IMG/VR virus record: IMGVR_UViG_2901150838_000002 | Span: 4,005 to 68,004 of that record | DNA length: 64,000 nt | Reading direction: 5' to 3' (one strand) | Source: a virus | Lineage: Duplodnaviria > Caudoviricetes | In this document: piece after piece, positions 46,398 through 55,301 of the stretch | How positions within the stretch are numbered: the first letter of the stretch is position 1 | Layout of the letters: every line of letters starts with the position of its first letter | Translations under genes and position numbers: made by a program | The notes under the pieces: model-generated | What the model saw: the letters and a program-made list of their open reading frames with translations, nothing else | Told to the model about the DNA's origin: nothing | Databases searched by the model: none

Positions 46398-48304
46398 CAG
46401 TGGATCACCGCCAGTTCCCCTTTTGATTCCTCTTCTTTGACCCATATCTCTTCCCAGCTGAGCTCAAACCCGATACCGGCTTCCGCTTTAGCTGCGGCCA
46501 ATAGAATCACATTCCCCATTGCCTCTGCCGCTGCCGGTGGCACTGCATTTCCGATGTACTCCCGCGCCTTGGCATCACTGCATCCCTCAAGTTGGAATGG
46601 ACGTCCGTCTGGCAAATGAGTATCAAATCCCTGCAGCATCGCCAACTCGTACGTCGTGAGCGGCCTGTGCCATGTCCCATCCTCGGCAATAATGATCCAG
46701 ATACCTCGATCGGAATCAGTCGGGAATGGTCGTGGATCAGCCACGGCGGACGTACCGGAATGCACATCGCTGCTGCCGGTTACTGTCGGAGCTGGCTGTT
46801 CCCAATCAGCCACGCCCATCGTTCCTGATCGAGGGCTGCATGTCATTCGGACATCTGCGACGAGCTGCGCACCGCTCTGTACATCCGTAACGCCAGTAAC
46901 GGTTGCTGCCGGTTCATTCATTGGCTGCATGCGAAACTTATCAGTGTACCGACCTGGTCGATCGGAGATACGCGGATCGCTGATGCTCGCCGCGGATTGC
47001 ATGATTCGAGAAGCAGAGCGTACCGTTTTGGATGACCCATGCCACTCCTGTACGCCATAGCTGTCTGGATGCAACTTGGTCAAAACTTTCGGGTCAGCCA
47101 CGGCGATGGCGCCACTGCCAAACCTTGTTCCTGTTACGCACGGAGATGTTTCGTCGGGCCCCACAATCCGGTACACGCCCGGGTGCCGCCCTTCCCGTTC
47201 CGTGAGCTTTGGATCAGAGATGCAAGCCGCCCCATTCGATGGGCCAACTGCTCCCGTTACGCAGTCCGCGGCTTGGTTGTAGGGCTGCACATGATACAGA
47301 TTTGCTTTGCCGTCGCCGCTGATAGCGAGACGCGGATCGGATAGCGCGGTCGAACTGTTGCTTCTCCCCGGTCCTGCAGCGCTTGTAACTGTCTTCCCTG
47401 GCTTGTTCCAATCCTCAACTCCCCATGCCCCACTGCGTGGCTCGTGAATGATTCTGTACTGCTCATATGGGATGTTCTGGAGGTCCCGCCAATCGCCGCC
47501 CGCTCGGATCAGTGCGAGGCGTACCCACGTTTTCCACTCCAGACGTGGCAACCGGTGCAACGGTCCTCCTGCTTCGGTATCACCCGGCATGGGCAGAGGA
47601 CCAATGACATCCCCAATCGTCAGAAGTGGCTTTTTCGGCGGAATGTAAACAAAATTCGGGACCTGAATTTCGTCTCTGGCTAAAATTAGGAACCTGACAC
47701 GGTTCTGACCCAGCCCACCGATCTCCCCAAGGTTGTGATCAGCTCGCATATTCACCGCGTATCCGAATTTTTTAAGCAATTTCTCGATTTTCTTCAAAAG
47801 GGCCTTGCCCCGTGTCTGGATGCGGGGCACGTTCTCCAGTTGAATGAATGCCGGCTGCCCCCCACCATATTCCTGGCATGCACGAAGCGCCAAATCGATT
47901 CCCCTCAATGTAAGCTGGTTCAACGCTTGATATTTTTTCGACTCCGCGGATTCTTTAGGGAGAAGAGCACTCAGACCTTTGCATGGGGGCGAAGTAAACA
48001 AGAAGTACGGGATCTGATAGCCAAACGCCACCCACATATCCCAAGGCGTAACTTCCCGCCACTCTGGAGGAGGCTCATGCCCATGCCAGTCAATGTATTG
48101 CTCACGTGTGAATAAATCCATGACCACCGCTGTGTTTTCGCCTGTTATGGCGTCGTGATTCAGGCATGCTACAGGGTCATAGTCAATCGAGCAGAGAAGC
48201 TTCAGTTTGTGGATTCTCCCGCCGTACTCGATCTTGGAGCGCATGTATCCTGCGGAAGCTCCGCCGATGCCGCCAAAAAGGATTGCTGCCGTTCTTTCGA
48301 TCAT
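46397..48304 (-). CDS. DNA cytosine-5 methyltransferase with six internal repeats
   Basis: FGGIGG, SPPCKG, ENVP, QNRVR, IGNAVPP. Confidence 0.9.
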   Translation of the reverse strand: MIERTAAILFGGIGGASAGYMRSKIEYGGRIHKLKLLCSIDYDPVACLNHDAITGENTAVVMDLFTREQYIDWHGHEPPPEWREVTPWDMWVAFGYQIPYFLFTSPPCKGLSALLPKESAESKKYQALNQLTLRGIDLALRACQEYGGGQPAFIQLENVPRIQTRGKALLKKIEKLLKKFGYAVNMRADHNLGEIGGLGQNRVRFLILARDEIQVPNFVYIPPKKPLLTIGDVIGPLPMPGDTEAGGPLHRLPRLEWKTWVRLALIRAGGDWRDLQNIPYEQYRIIHEPRSGAWGVEDWNKPGKTVTSAAGPGRSNSSTALSDPRLAISGDGKANLYHVQPYNQAADCVTGAVGPSNGAACISDPKLTEREGRHPGVYRIVGPDETSPCVTGTRFGSGAIAVADPKVLTKLHPDSYGVQEWHGSSKTVRSASRIMQSAASISDPRISDRPGRYTDKFRMQPMNEPAATVTGVTDVQSGAQLVADVRMTCSPRSGTMGVADWEQPAPTVTGSSDVHSGTSAVADPRPFPTDSDRGIWIIIAEDGTWHRPLTTYELAMLQGFDTHLPDGRPFQLEGCSDAKAREYIGNAVPPAAAEAMGNVILLAAAKAEAGIGFELSWEEIWVKEEESKGELAVIH

Positions 48305-48494
48305 CCTTACTTCCTCCCGTTCCAAGGCTGCATGCCGCCACCAATCTTGTAGTTATTCACCCAAGGGTTGGTGCCTGATTGCTTGATAAATTCGTTCACA
48401 TCCCGCCTGAGAATGCATGACCGTCTCCAGGGATGGTTTGGTTTCGGTTTTACCGCTGGCATACATTTCCCCGCCTTTCAGGAAGGGAGCAGCA

Positions 48495-49433
48495 TTACGC
48501 TGCCCCTTGTTCCCCGTCATTGTTGGATTTTGCCATATGCTCAGCAACCAGCTTTTTGTATTTGGACCAGGCGCTCTGCATTTTCGTTGACGACTCACCG
48601 ATCGAGTTCGCGATCTGCATCCATGTTTCTCCGGCCAACTTTCGTTTTAACAGGCTAGGGAAGTCGAAGGGGATATCTGCAAAAACAGGTGCTTGTCCGC
48701 TCAAAATAAACTGCTCAAGTGCCTCTTTATCAACGGTAGCAGCAGTCTCTTCGGAACCTGTGGTTTGTGAATTGTCGTCCTGTTCAGATTCGCCGTCGTT
48801 TTCCTGCTTCGCTTCGGGTTCAGGATTGTCACCATCTGCCTTGTCTTTTCCATTTTGAGGATCTGCTTTGTCTTTTCCTTGTCTCCACTCATTCCATTTC
48901 ATTGCAAGTGGGGCGACACGCTTCCGGTACTCATCGACCAGCTCGACGATCTTCCCGCTGGAGATACCAAGCTCACTTGCCATCTTCATGTAGGTTTCGC
49001 CATCGTATTTGCGCTTGATGATGCTTTGGAAGTCATATGGCAGGTCATCATAGCTAGGCGACATACCGCTCGTGATGAACTCATCGATCACTTCCAATTC
49101 GGCTTGCTCAGTTTGTTCTTTGGTAGGTACTTTTTCTGGGGGCAGACCTAAGTCTGCTTCAATTTGTTCCCCTTGTGGCTTCACTTCCGAGACCACGCCC
49201 TTATCATCCACTTTGTATGTTTTCAGGGGCTCATTTGTCTTCGCATTAATCGTCACGTTGTAGTTAACAATCAGGGATTCCATCGACACGTCAACTTTGC
49301 AATCGATCATCTCGGAAAGGCTGTCGAGCTTCCCATCCAAACCGTTATCCGATACCTCCAACACGATTTCTTTCTTGCCACCTGGTTTCAAATTGACTTT
49401 CTTCACAACGGATTTGAAATCAATGTACGGCAT
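48495..49433 (-). CDS. Hypothetical protein with duplicated C-terminal HTH
   Basis: Two P.F.D.P.DF...KRK..GET...A..G.SS repeats. Confidence 0.75.
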   Translation of the reverse strand: MPYIDFKSVVKKVNLKPGGKKEIVLEVSDNGLDGKLDSLSEMIDCKVDVSMESLIVNYNVTINAKTNEPLKTYKVDDKGVVSEVKPQGEQIEADLGLPPEKVPTKEQTEQAELEVIDEFITSGMSPSYDDLPYDFQSIIKRKYDGETYMKMASELGISSGKIVELVDEYRKRVAPLAMKWNEWRQGKDKADPQNGKDKADGDNPEPEAKQENDGESEQDDNSQTTGSEETAATVDKEALEQFILSGQAPVFADIPFDFPSLLKRKLAGETWMQIANSIGESSTKMQSAWSKYKKLVAEHMAKSNNDGEQGAA

Positions 49434-49499
49434 TCTATTTTCCTCCCTAATTTGGAATGGTGAGGGGGGACAGCTCATCTTCCACACCCTCCCTTGGGT

Positions 49500-49988
49500 T
49501 TATAAATCCAAGGCCATCTGTTTTTTGGTTGAATTTTTATTCCGTTTTGGCTTGTCTTTAATGATCGGACCGCCAATTATCGGCTCAATCTCAATGCGCG
49601 GGTTTACCCGGTCAATTTCAAAATCCTGATACTGGATGAGGGCCTGACTATCGTCTTCGTAGATAATTCCTTCCAGAGCATCAGCCCACGCCTTATCAGT
49701 GTTGTGGCAGTCCTTGTCCTTCCCGTCGTTCCAGTAAATCCATGTCCGGAGTATGACTTTCCTACCTTCAACCGATACCCAGTCATTATCCATAGCCCAT
49801 TCGAACGCAGCATCAGCTACTCGCTGTTTGTATAGCTCCCCCCACTTCCCGAGCGTAGGCCTGTTGTTGACGATCACGTAAAGGTGATTCCATGTCGGCA
49901 CGACCCAAATGTTCTCCATGTTCCTAGTCGTTGGGTTTCTCCGGCGTTTTTCCATCAGCAAGGGGATCACGAGTCGAGGTGGCAACAT
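49500..49988 (-). CDS. rusA: RusA-family Holliday junction resolvase
   Basis: PTWNHLY, DCHNTDK..DALEGIIYEDD, NPRIEI. Confidence 0.85.
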   Translation of the reverse strand: MLPPRLVIPLLMEKRRRNPTTRNMENIWVVPTWNHLYVIVNNRPTLGKWGELYKQRVADAAFEWAMDNDWVSVEGRKVILRTWIYWNDGKDKDCHNTDKAWADALEGIIYEDDSQALIQYQDFEIDRVNPRIEIEPIIGGPIIKDKPKRNKNSTKKQMALDL

Positions 49989-50000
49989 CAGCCCTTCACC

Positions 50001-50153
50001 CTAAGCCGTTTGTTTTGGATTGCGCTGCAATTCAAACCGATGCCATTCGTCTTGCAATTCATCGAGTGATGCTTCTTCAACCGGTTTGCCGCAAGCCTCT
50101 GTAATGCCGTGTTTGATCAGATTGGCAAGCAGCACTTCACGTAGTAATTTCAT
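50001..50153 (-). CDS. FbpA-like small protein
   Basis: LIKHGI...EASLDEL; below ORF-track cutoff. Confidence 0.5.
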   Translation of the reverse strand: MKLLREVLLANLIKHGITEACGKPVEEASLDELQDEWHRFELQRNPKQTA

Positions 50154-50165
50154 GCTTCATCTCCC

Positions 50166-51545
50166 CTATCTCCATGTTCTATCCTTTTCATCATCATCTG
50201 CCGGCTTGTCCGCAGTTGTTTGCCTTTCGTACCGGTGATCGATGCTGACGAACTTGTTATGCTCTTTCAGGAATGCGAGCTCGACTGTGCCAGTCGGGCC
50301 GTTCCGTTGCTTGGCAATGATGACCTCGACGACGTTCTTGTTGGCAGATTCCTTGTCGTAATAGTCGTCACGATACAGGAAGGCAACGATGTCCGCGTCC
50401 TGCTCAATGGATCCCGATTCACGGATATCGGACATCATTGGGCGTTTGTCTTGACGCTGCTCGACCGAGCGACTGAGCTGTGACAGTGCGATCACGGGCA
50501 CATCCAATTCCCGGGCAATTGCTTTAAGCATGCGGGAGACCTCGGAGACTTGCTCTTGTCTGTTCCCCTTAGAAACGCAGTGAACTAGCTGCAGGTAATC
50601 GATCAAGATCATTCCGAGTCCATGCTGCTGTTTGAGCTTTCTCGCCTTTCTCCGAATCTCCTGAACCGTCAGACCAGGGGAGTCATCGATGAAAATTTTC
50701 GCTTTCGCCAAGTTTCCGATTGCTCTGGTCATTCGCTCCCAATCGTCACCCTCAAAGCCGCCATTCCGCATCTTGGAAGCATCGATGTTTCCTTCCGCAC
50801 ATATCATCCGCTTGACCAGCTGCAGTGTGCTCATCTCAAGTGAGAAGATGGCAACCGTTTCCCCGGTCTTGATTCCTACGCTTTGGGCAATATTCAATGC
50901 AAAAGCGGTTTTCCCAACCGAAGGCCGCGCAGCAAGGATGATCAAATCTGATCGCTGGAACCCGCCAGTCATCGCGTCCAAATCGGGATATCCGGAAGGT
51001 ACGCCTGTGATCTCTGTCTTGCGGGTACTGAGGCGGTCGATCTCCTCATAGGCATCCATCATGGCATCCTTGATGGGAACAAAGTCTGAGCTGCTCTTTC
51101 GTTGTTCGCCCAGGCTCATGGTAATGCGGTCTTGCTCTGCGATTAATTCCTCAACCGTTTCGCTCTCAAAAGCTAAGGTAATTTCTCTGGTTTTTGCTTC
51201 GATCACACGCCGACGGTAAGCTTTTTCCGCCACGATCTCCGCGTAATATCCCACGTTCGCTGCGGTTGGCACCGAGCTGGCCAAATTGGTCAGGTAAGCG
51301 ATCCCTCCAACTTCATCAAGCAGCTTTTTGTCTTGCAGCTCGGCAGTCACGGTAACCAGGTCGATAGGCTTGTCCGCATCGTAGAGCTCCAGCATGACAC
51401 TGAATATTCGCTGATGATTGGCCGGATAGAAATCCTCGACAGTCAGCCGTTCAGATGCCGTTTCCATCGCTTGCTTGCTGAGGAAGATGGCGCCCAGGAC
51501 GGACTGCTCTGCCTCAATGTTCTGAGGTGGTAATCGATCGAACAT
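50166..51545 (-). CDS. dnaB: Replicative DNA helicase
   Basis: AARPSVGKT, FSLEM, IDYLQL, ALSQLSR, SGSIEQDAD. Confidence 0.95.
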   Translation of the reverse strand: MFDRLPPQNIEAEQSVLGAIFLSKQAMETASERLTVEDFYPANHQRIFSVMLELYDADKPIDLVTVTAELQDKKLLDEVGGIAYLTNLASSVPTAANVGYYAEIVAEKAYRRRVIEAKTREITLAFESETVEELIAEQDRITMSLGEQRKSSSDFVPIKDAMMDAYEEIDRLSTRKTEITGVPSGYPDLDAMTGGFQRSDLIILAARPSVGKTAFALNIAQSVGIKTGETVAIFSLEMSTLQLVKRMICAEGNIDASKMRNGGFEGDDWERMTRAIGNLAKAKIFIDDSPGLTVQEIRRKARKLKQQHGLGMILIDYLQLVHCVSKGNRQEQVSEVSRMLKAIARELDVPVIALSQLSRSVEQRQDKRPMMSDIRESGSIEQDADIVAFLYRDDYYDKESANKNVVEVIIAKQRNGPTGTVELAFLKEHNKFVSIDHRYERQTTADKPADDDEKDRTWR

Positions 51546-51550
51546 GGCTC

Positions 51551-52333
51551 CTATGCCCTCCCTTCCAAGCGATAGTTCAAACCTTCGCCACGCAGGGTCA
51601 CGTTGTAGTCTCTAGTCATCTCGTAAATCCGGGAGCCAATTGCATCGTCGATATCCGATATCTCGTCAATGTCTCGCTCCGAGGATACGAGCATCGGCAG
51701 ATTGTTCAAGTACCGGAAATTGACGATTGCGAATAGTTGCTCGAGCTGGAACGCAGTAGGAGTCGTTCGGCCTTTGAAAAGATCATCGATGTAGAGCACA
51801 TCGACCTGCTGCAGCTTCGTCACCTTCTCATCCAGCCTGTCCAGGTCGTCCTTGATGTTGTTGAACCCTTCCACCCACGGGAAGTACATCACAGGGATTC
51901 GCTGCTTGATGAGGTTGTTTGCGATTGCCATCAGCAAATGTGTTTTTCCGCTGCCGACAGCCCCCAGAAGTGCGATGCTGTTTTGTCTTGTCTTCCGGAT
52001 CTCGTGAAATGCCTTGTAATAATCCGTTGCTGCCACGTAAGCATCCAGTACCACTTGTGGCCGATCCAAATCAAAGTTTTTGAATCCCATATGCTGAAAG
52101 CCGGGAGTGATTTGGCTTGCGCGGAACAATCGCTCAATTTTCGCTTGCTCCTGGCACTCGCAAACCCGCCACACCTCATGGCCGTCAGATGACGTCGTCA
52201 GGAAGCCACCCTTGTCCATGCACTTGGAGCATGCGCTCGTTGTAGTTGTCCGGCTTGTTGAGGCGTCCTGCTTCGCCTTTTGTGATAGGTTTTGGAACAT
52301 CTGTATGAGTTCTTCTGCGCTGATTGACTGCAC
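51551..52333 (-). CDS. DnaC/IstB-like helicase loader ATPase
   Basis: CxxC..CEC, GAVGSGKTHL, YIDDL. Confidence 0.9.
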   Translation of the reverse strand: MQSISAEELIQMFQNLSQKAKQDASTSRTTTTSACSKCMDKGGFLTTSSDGHEVWRVCECQEQAKIERLFRASQITPGFQHMGFKNFDLDRPQVVLDAYVAATDYYKAFHEIRKTRQNSIALLGAVGSGKTHLLMAIANNLIKQRIPVMYFPWVEGFNNIKDDLDRLDEKVTKLQQVDVLYIDDLFKGRTTPTAFQLEQLFAIVNFRYLNNLPMLVSSERDIDEISDIDDAIGSRIYEMTRDYNVTLRGEGLNYRLEGRA

Positions 52334-53042
52334 CAGCGTCCCCCCCTCTAATTGGCGTTACCTTTGCCAGTTTGGCTTGTTCATGATCGGCTTTCTTTTG
52401 GCGCATTTCCTCCAGGGTCTTAACATTCTCCTGCAGACAGCGACGAAGAACCCGGTCAATGTAAGCCCATGATCTCTTCTCATGGATGGCAGCCTCTTTT
52501 ATGGCCTCGACGAGAATCGATTTTGGCTCTTCAAAATAGCCACCATCGAGCCAATCAATCATGTTGTCCTTGATTGTCTCCGTGAACTTACCGATTTCTT
52601 GCTGATAGATCAGAAATGGGTCATCATCACTTCGCGCATGCGTAGCAGGTAGAAGATTAATTGGTTTAGTATTGTTTTGTTTAAATAATGCGGAAGCATT
52701 GCCGGAAACACTGTCGGAAGAACTGTCGGAAAGATTGTAGGAAAAACTGTCGGCATTTATTGCCGACAAACTGATCATTTTGTACATTGCTGATTTGTTG
52801 CCTTTACGCGACTGGAAGTCGATAAAACCTTTTTGTTTCAACTCATGCCTTGCGTTGGTGATGGTTCGCTCAGAGAGGCCGGTCTTAATGCTTAACACAG
52901 ATACAGCTACAGCAAACGTATCTATCCATCCAGCTTTATTGTTTATGTGCATTAACGCATGCCATAAAGCAATTGCAGATGTCGATAGTGGGCTTGTTTC
53001 GAGCCGATCGTAGAAGGCATTAAGCTCACGTATGTAGTTCAA
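52185..53042 (-). CDS. Phage replication initiator (wHTH + DnaD domain)
   Basis: ELNAFYD N-terminus; SWAYIDRVL DnaD motif. Confidence 0.85.
   Translation of the reverse strand: MNYIRELNAFYDRLETSPLSTSAIALWHALMHINNKAGWIDTFAVAVSVLSIKTGLSERTITNARHELKQKGFIDFQSRKGNKSAMYKMISLSAINADSFSYNLSDSSSDSVSGNASALFKQNNTKPINLLPATHARSDDDPFLIYQQEIGKFTETIKDNMIDWLDGGYFEEPKSILVEAIKEAAIHEKRSWAYIDRVLRRCLQENVKTLEEMRQKKADHEQAKLAKVTPIRGGDAGAVNQRRRTHTDVPKPITKGEAGRLNKPDNYNERMLQVHGQGWLPDDVI
52698..52770. repeat. 12-bp iterons inside initiator gene (putative phage origin)
   Basis: ATTGCCGGAAAC/ACTGTCGGAAGA/ACTGTCGGAAAG/ATTGTAGGAAAA/ACTGTCGGCATT next to an AT-rich tract. Confidence 0.7.
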
Positions 53043-53265
53043 CCATCATCACCTCCGCTTTTTTCGATTTTGTTTTGATCAAGACACTTTCCGTGTTTTC
53101 TCCATCAAGGTGAGGAAAGTCATTGGGACATCCCAAGGCTTTTTCCTCTTGGTAAGGCACTTTAGCCTTGCCCATTGTTCCCCATTGCGCCAGAAGGTTT
53201 TTGCAACCTCCCAGCGCATAAAACGAAACTCATAAACGTCTCCAACCATCGCGACCTCCTCATTG

Positions 53266-53430
53266 TTATGAGGCTCTTAATTCAACGACCTTTACCTTGC
53301 CTGATTCTTTATGCTCCAAAAGCCAAGCAGTTGGAAGCTTCTTAATGATCAACCAGTTGTCCGGTTGCAAATTCGGTGCGAGTTGTTTGAGTAGAATCTT
53401 TTCTTTCAGCTGCAAGCTCCGCCGTTTCAC
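53266..53430 (-). CDS. Small DUF6906-like protein
   Basis: L.PDNWLIIKK...HK.SG; coupled GTGA start. Confidence 0.55.
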   Translation of the reverse strand: MKRRSLQLKEKILLKQLAPNLQPDNWLIIKKLPTAWLLEHKESGKVKVVELRAS

Positions 53431-55301
53431 AGTCCCACCTCCTCCACCGCGGGCATGAGGCCCATTTCCCTGATGAACTGGCTGGGACCAGGCTGGAAGA
53501 ACTTTTTGCCGTATAAAGCGATCTCACGTGGCCGAGTGAGAATGAGCCTTCTCTTTGCCCGCGTGACTGCGACATACATCAGGCGCCGTTCTTCCTCCAT
53601 GTCGACTGTCCGTTTGGAAGGAAATGTGCCTTGATTCATCCCGACCAGGATCACCGTGTCGAATTCAAGACCTTTGGAACCGTGAACGGTGAGCAGTTGA
53701 ACCGCGTCTTCATCTTTGCGAAAGTAGTCCTGTATGTCTCGGATTCGCAGCCATTTCAGAAATGCTTCGATGTTATTCCGCTCGCCGGCAGCCTCTTGCT
53801 GAATGCACCAACGCTTCACGTATCGAAGAGCTGCCAGCATATCGTCGATGCGGTTCTGCAGACCCTTCTCTTCGTAATAAGCTTTCAAGCCGATCGCGTA
53901 CCCAGCTTGTCTCATCGCCTCGTAAGCATCGATGTCAAAGAACTGGATCTCATCAAAGTTTCGTAATGTATCAACGATTCGGGCGAAATCCTGCACCTTT
54001 GGGCTTCCTTCCGCCCGCAATACATCCAATGGTCGCTCGCTTGACCAACTTGGTTTCGAGAGCAAAGTCGCCCGTTCAAGGTCCGTCATCCGGTTTGCTG
54101 GGAAGTTGATGCAGGACCAGAGCGCCTTTTCATCCTTTGGGTTGACCACCAGGGACATGAAGCTGATTAGTTTTTTGATGTCCGTCCGTTTAAGCGGATC
54201 AGCGTCCTTGTTCACGACCAGCGCTGCCATCTTTGCCTCGGCAAGCTTGTCCTTTATGATTTCAAGCTGTCCATTCGTCCGCGCCAGCACTGCGATATCC
54301 GAGAGCTTCCCTCCATTCTGGACATGGAAGTAAGATGTTGCCACCACGTAATGCGCCTCTTCCTCAACCGTCAGCGGAGCTTCAACCAGCTCGATCGGAA
54401 GGCCGTCCCGTTCGTTCACAAGCTTTTTATCCGTTCGATTCTCGTTATGTCTGATCAAAGTGTTGGCGGCTTCCACAATGGGCGCCGATGATCGATAATT
54501 CCGTTCCAGCTTGATCACTTCACAATTGGGATACTGTTTTGGGAAGTCCAGTATGTTCTGCACATTCGCACCGCGAAATCCGTAAATCGCTTGATAATCG
54601 TCACCCACAACGAACAGATTCTCTGGAGCCATTGCCCGAATAATGTCCATCTGCACATTGTCGGTGTCCTGAAACTCGTCCACATATACGTACTTGTACT
54701 GATTTCGATAGTATGTAGCGATGTCGTCTTGTCTCATCAGTTCCAAGGTTTTGGTAAGCAAATCATCCAAGCTAATGGCATTGCTCTGTTTTAACCGAAA
54801 GAGATATTCCCGTGCTGCTTGCTCCGATTCGTAAGAGCGGAAATTCCCTTCTCCGCCACGAGCCAGCAGGGCAATATCGTCCAATACTTGCCGCACCTTC
54901 GCATCGTACCTGAACTCATCGAGGATGGCCGCAATGATCGCCTCTTGGTCCTCTTGGTCATAAATTGAGAAGTTGGGTTCCAGTCCAACCCGATGGCCCC
55001 ATTCACGCAGCACGCTGACGCAGAAGGAATGAAAGGTATTGCAGAATAGTTTCTTGGCCTGTTCTTCACCGATAAGGTGAGCGATCCGTTCCTTCATTTC
55101 CAGCCCTGCCAGGCGGGTGAAGGTGAGTGCCAGCATATTGCTGGTCCCCACCCTCTTTTCCTCATGCAGATAGGAAATGCGCGTCGTGAGCGTCTTTGTC
55201 TTACCTGTACCGGCACCAGCCAAACATAGAATGACCGGCTCCTTCGATGTGACAGCAGCTGCTTGTTCCTCGTTTAATCCCTGAAGAAGGTTAAGCGACA
55301 T
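53427..55301 (-). CDS. UvrD/PcrA-family helicase
   Basis: AGAGTGKT, VDEFQD, GDDYQAIYGFRGA, NYRS, KGLEF, YVAVTRA. Confidence 0.93.
   Translation of the reverse strand: MSLNLLQGLNEEQAAAVTSKEPVILCLAGAGTGKTKTLTTRISYLHEEKRVGTSNMLALTFTRLAGLEMKERIAHLIGEEQAKKLFCNTFHSFCVSVLREWGHRVGLEPNFSIYDQEDQEAIIAAILDEFRYDAKVRQVLDDIALLARGGEGNFRSYESEQAAREYLFRLKQSNAISLDDLLTKTLELMRQDDIATYYRNQYKYVYVDEFQDTDNVQMDIIRAMAPENLFVVGDDYQAIYGFRGANVQNILDFPKQYPNCEVIKLERNYRSSAPIVEAANTLIRHNENRTDKKLVNERDGLPIELVEAPLTVEEEAHYVVATSYFHVQNGGKLSDIAVLARTNGQLEIIKDKLAEAKMAALVVNKDADPLKRTDIKKLISFMSLVVNPKDEKALWSCINFPANRMTDLERATLLSKPSWSSERPLDVLRAEGSPKVQDFARIVDTLRNFDEIQFFDIDAYEAMRQAGYAIGLKAYYEEKGLQNRIDDMLAALRYVKRWCIQQEAAGERNNIEAFLKWLRIRDIQDYFRKDEDAVQLLTVHGSKGLEFDTVILVGMNQGTFPSKRTVDMEEERRLMYVAVTRAKRRLILTRPREIALYGKKFFQPGPSQFIREMGLMPAVEEVGL

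Noticed and set aside
53078-53249. Possible programmed frameshift in small ORF MVGDVYEFRF
   Set aside because: No canonical slippery heptamer in phase; a point indel or short gene is more likely
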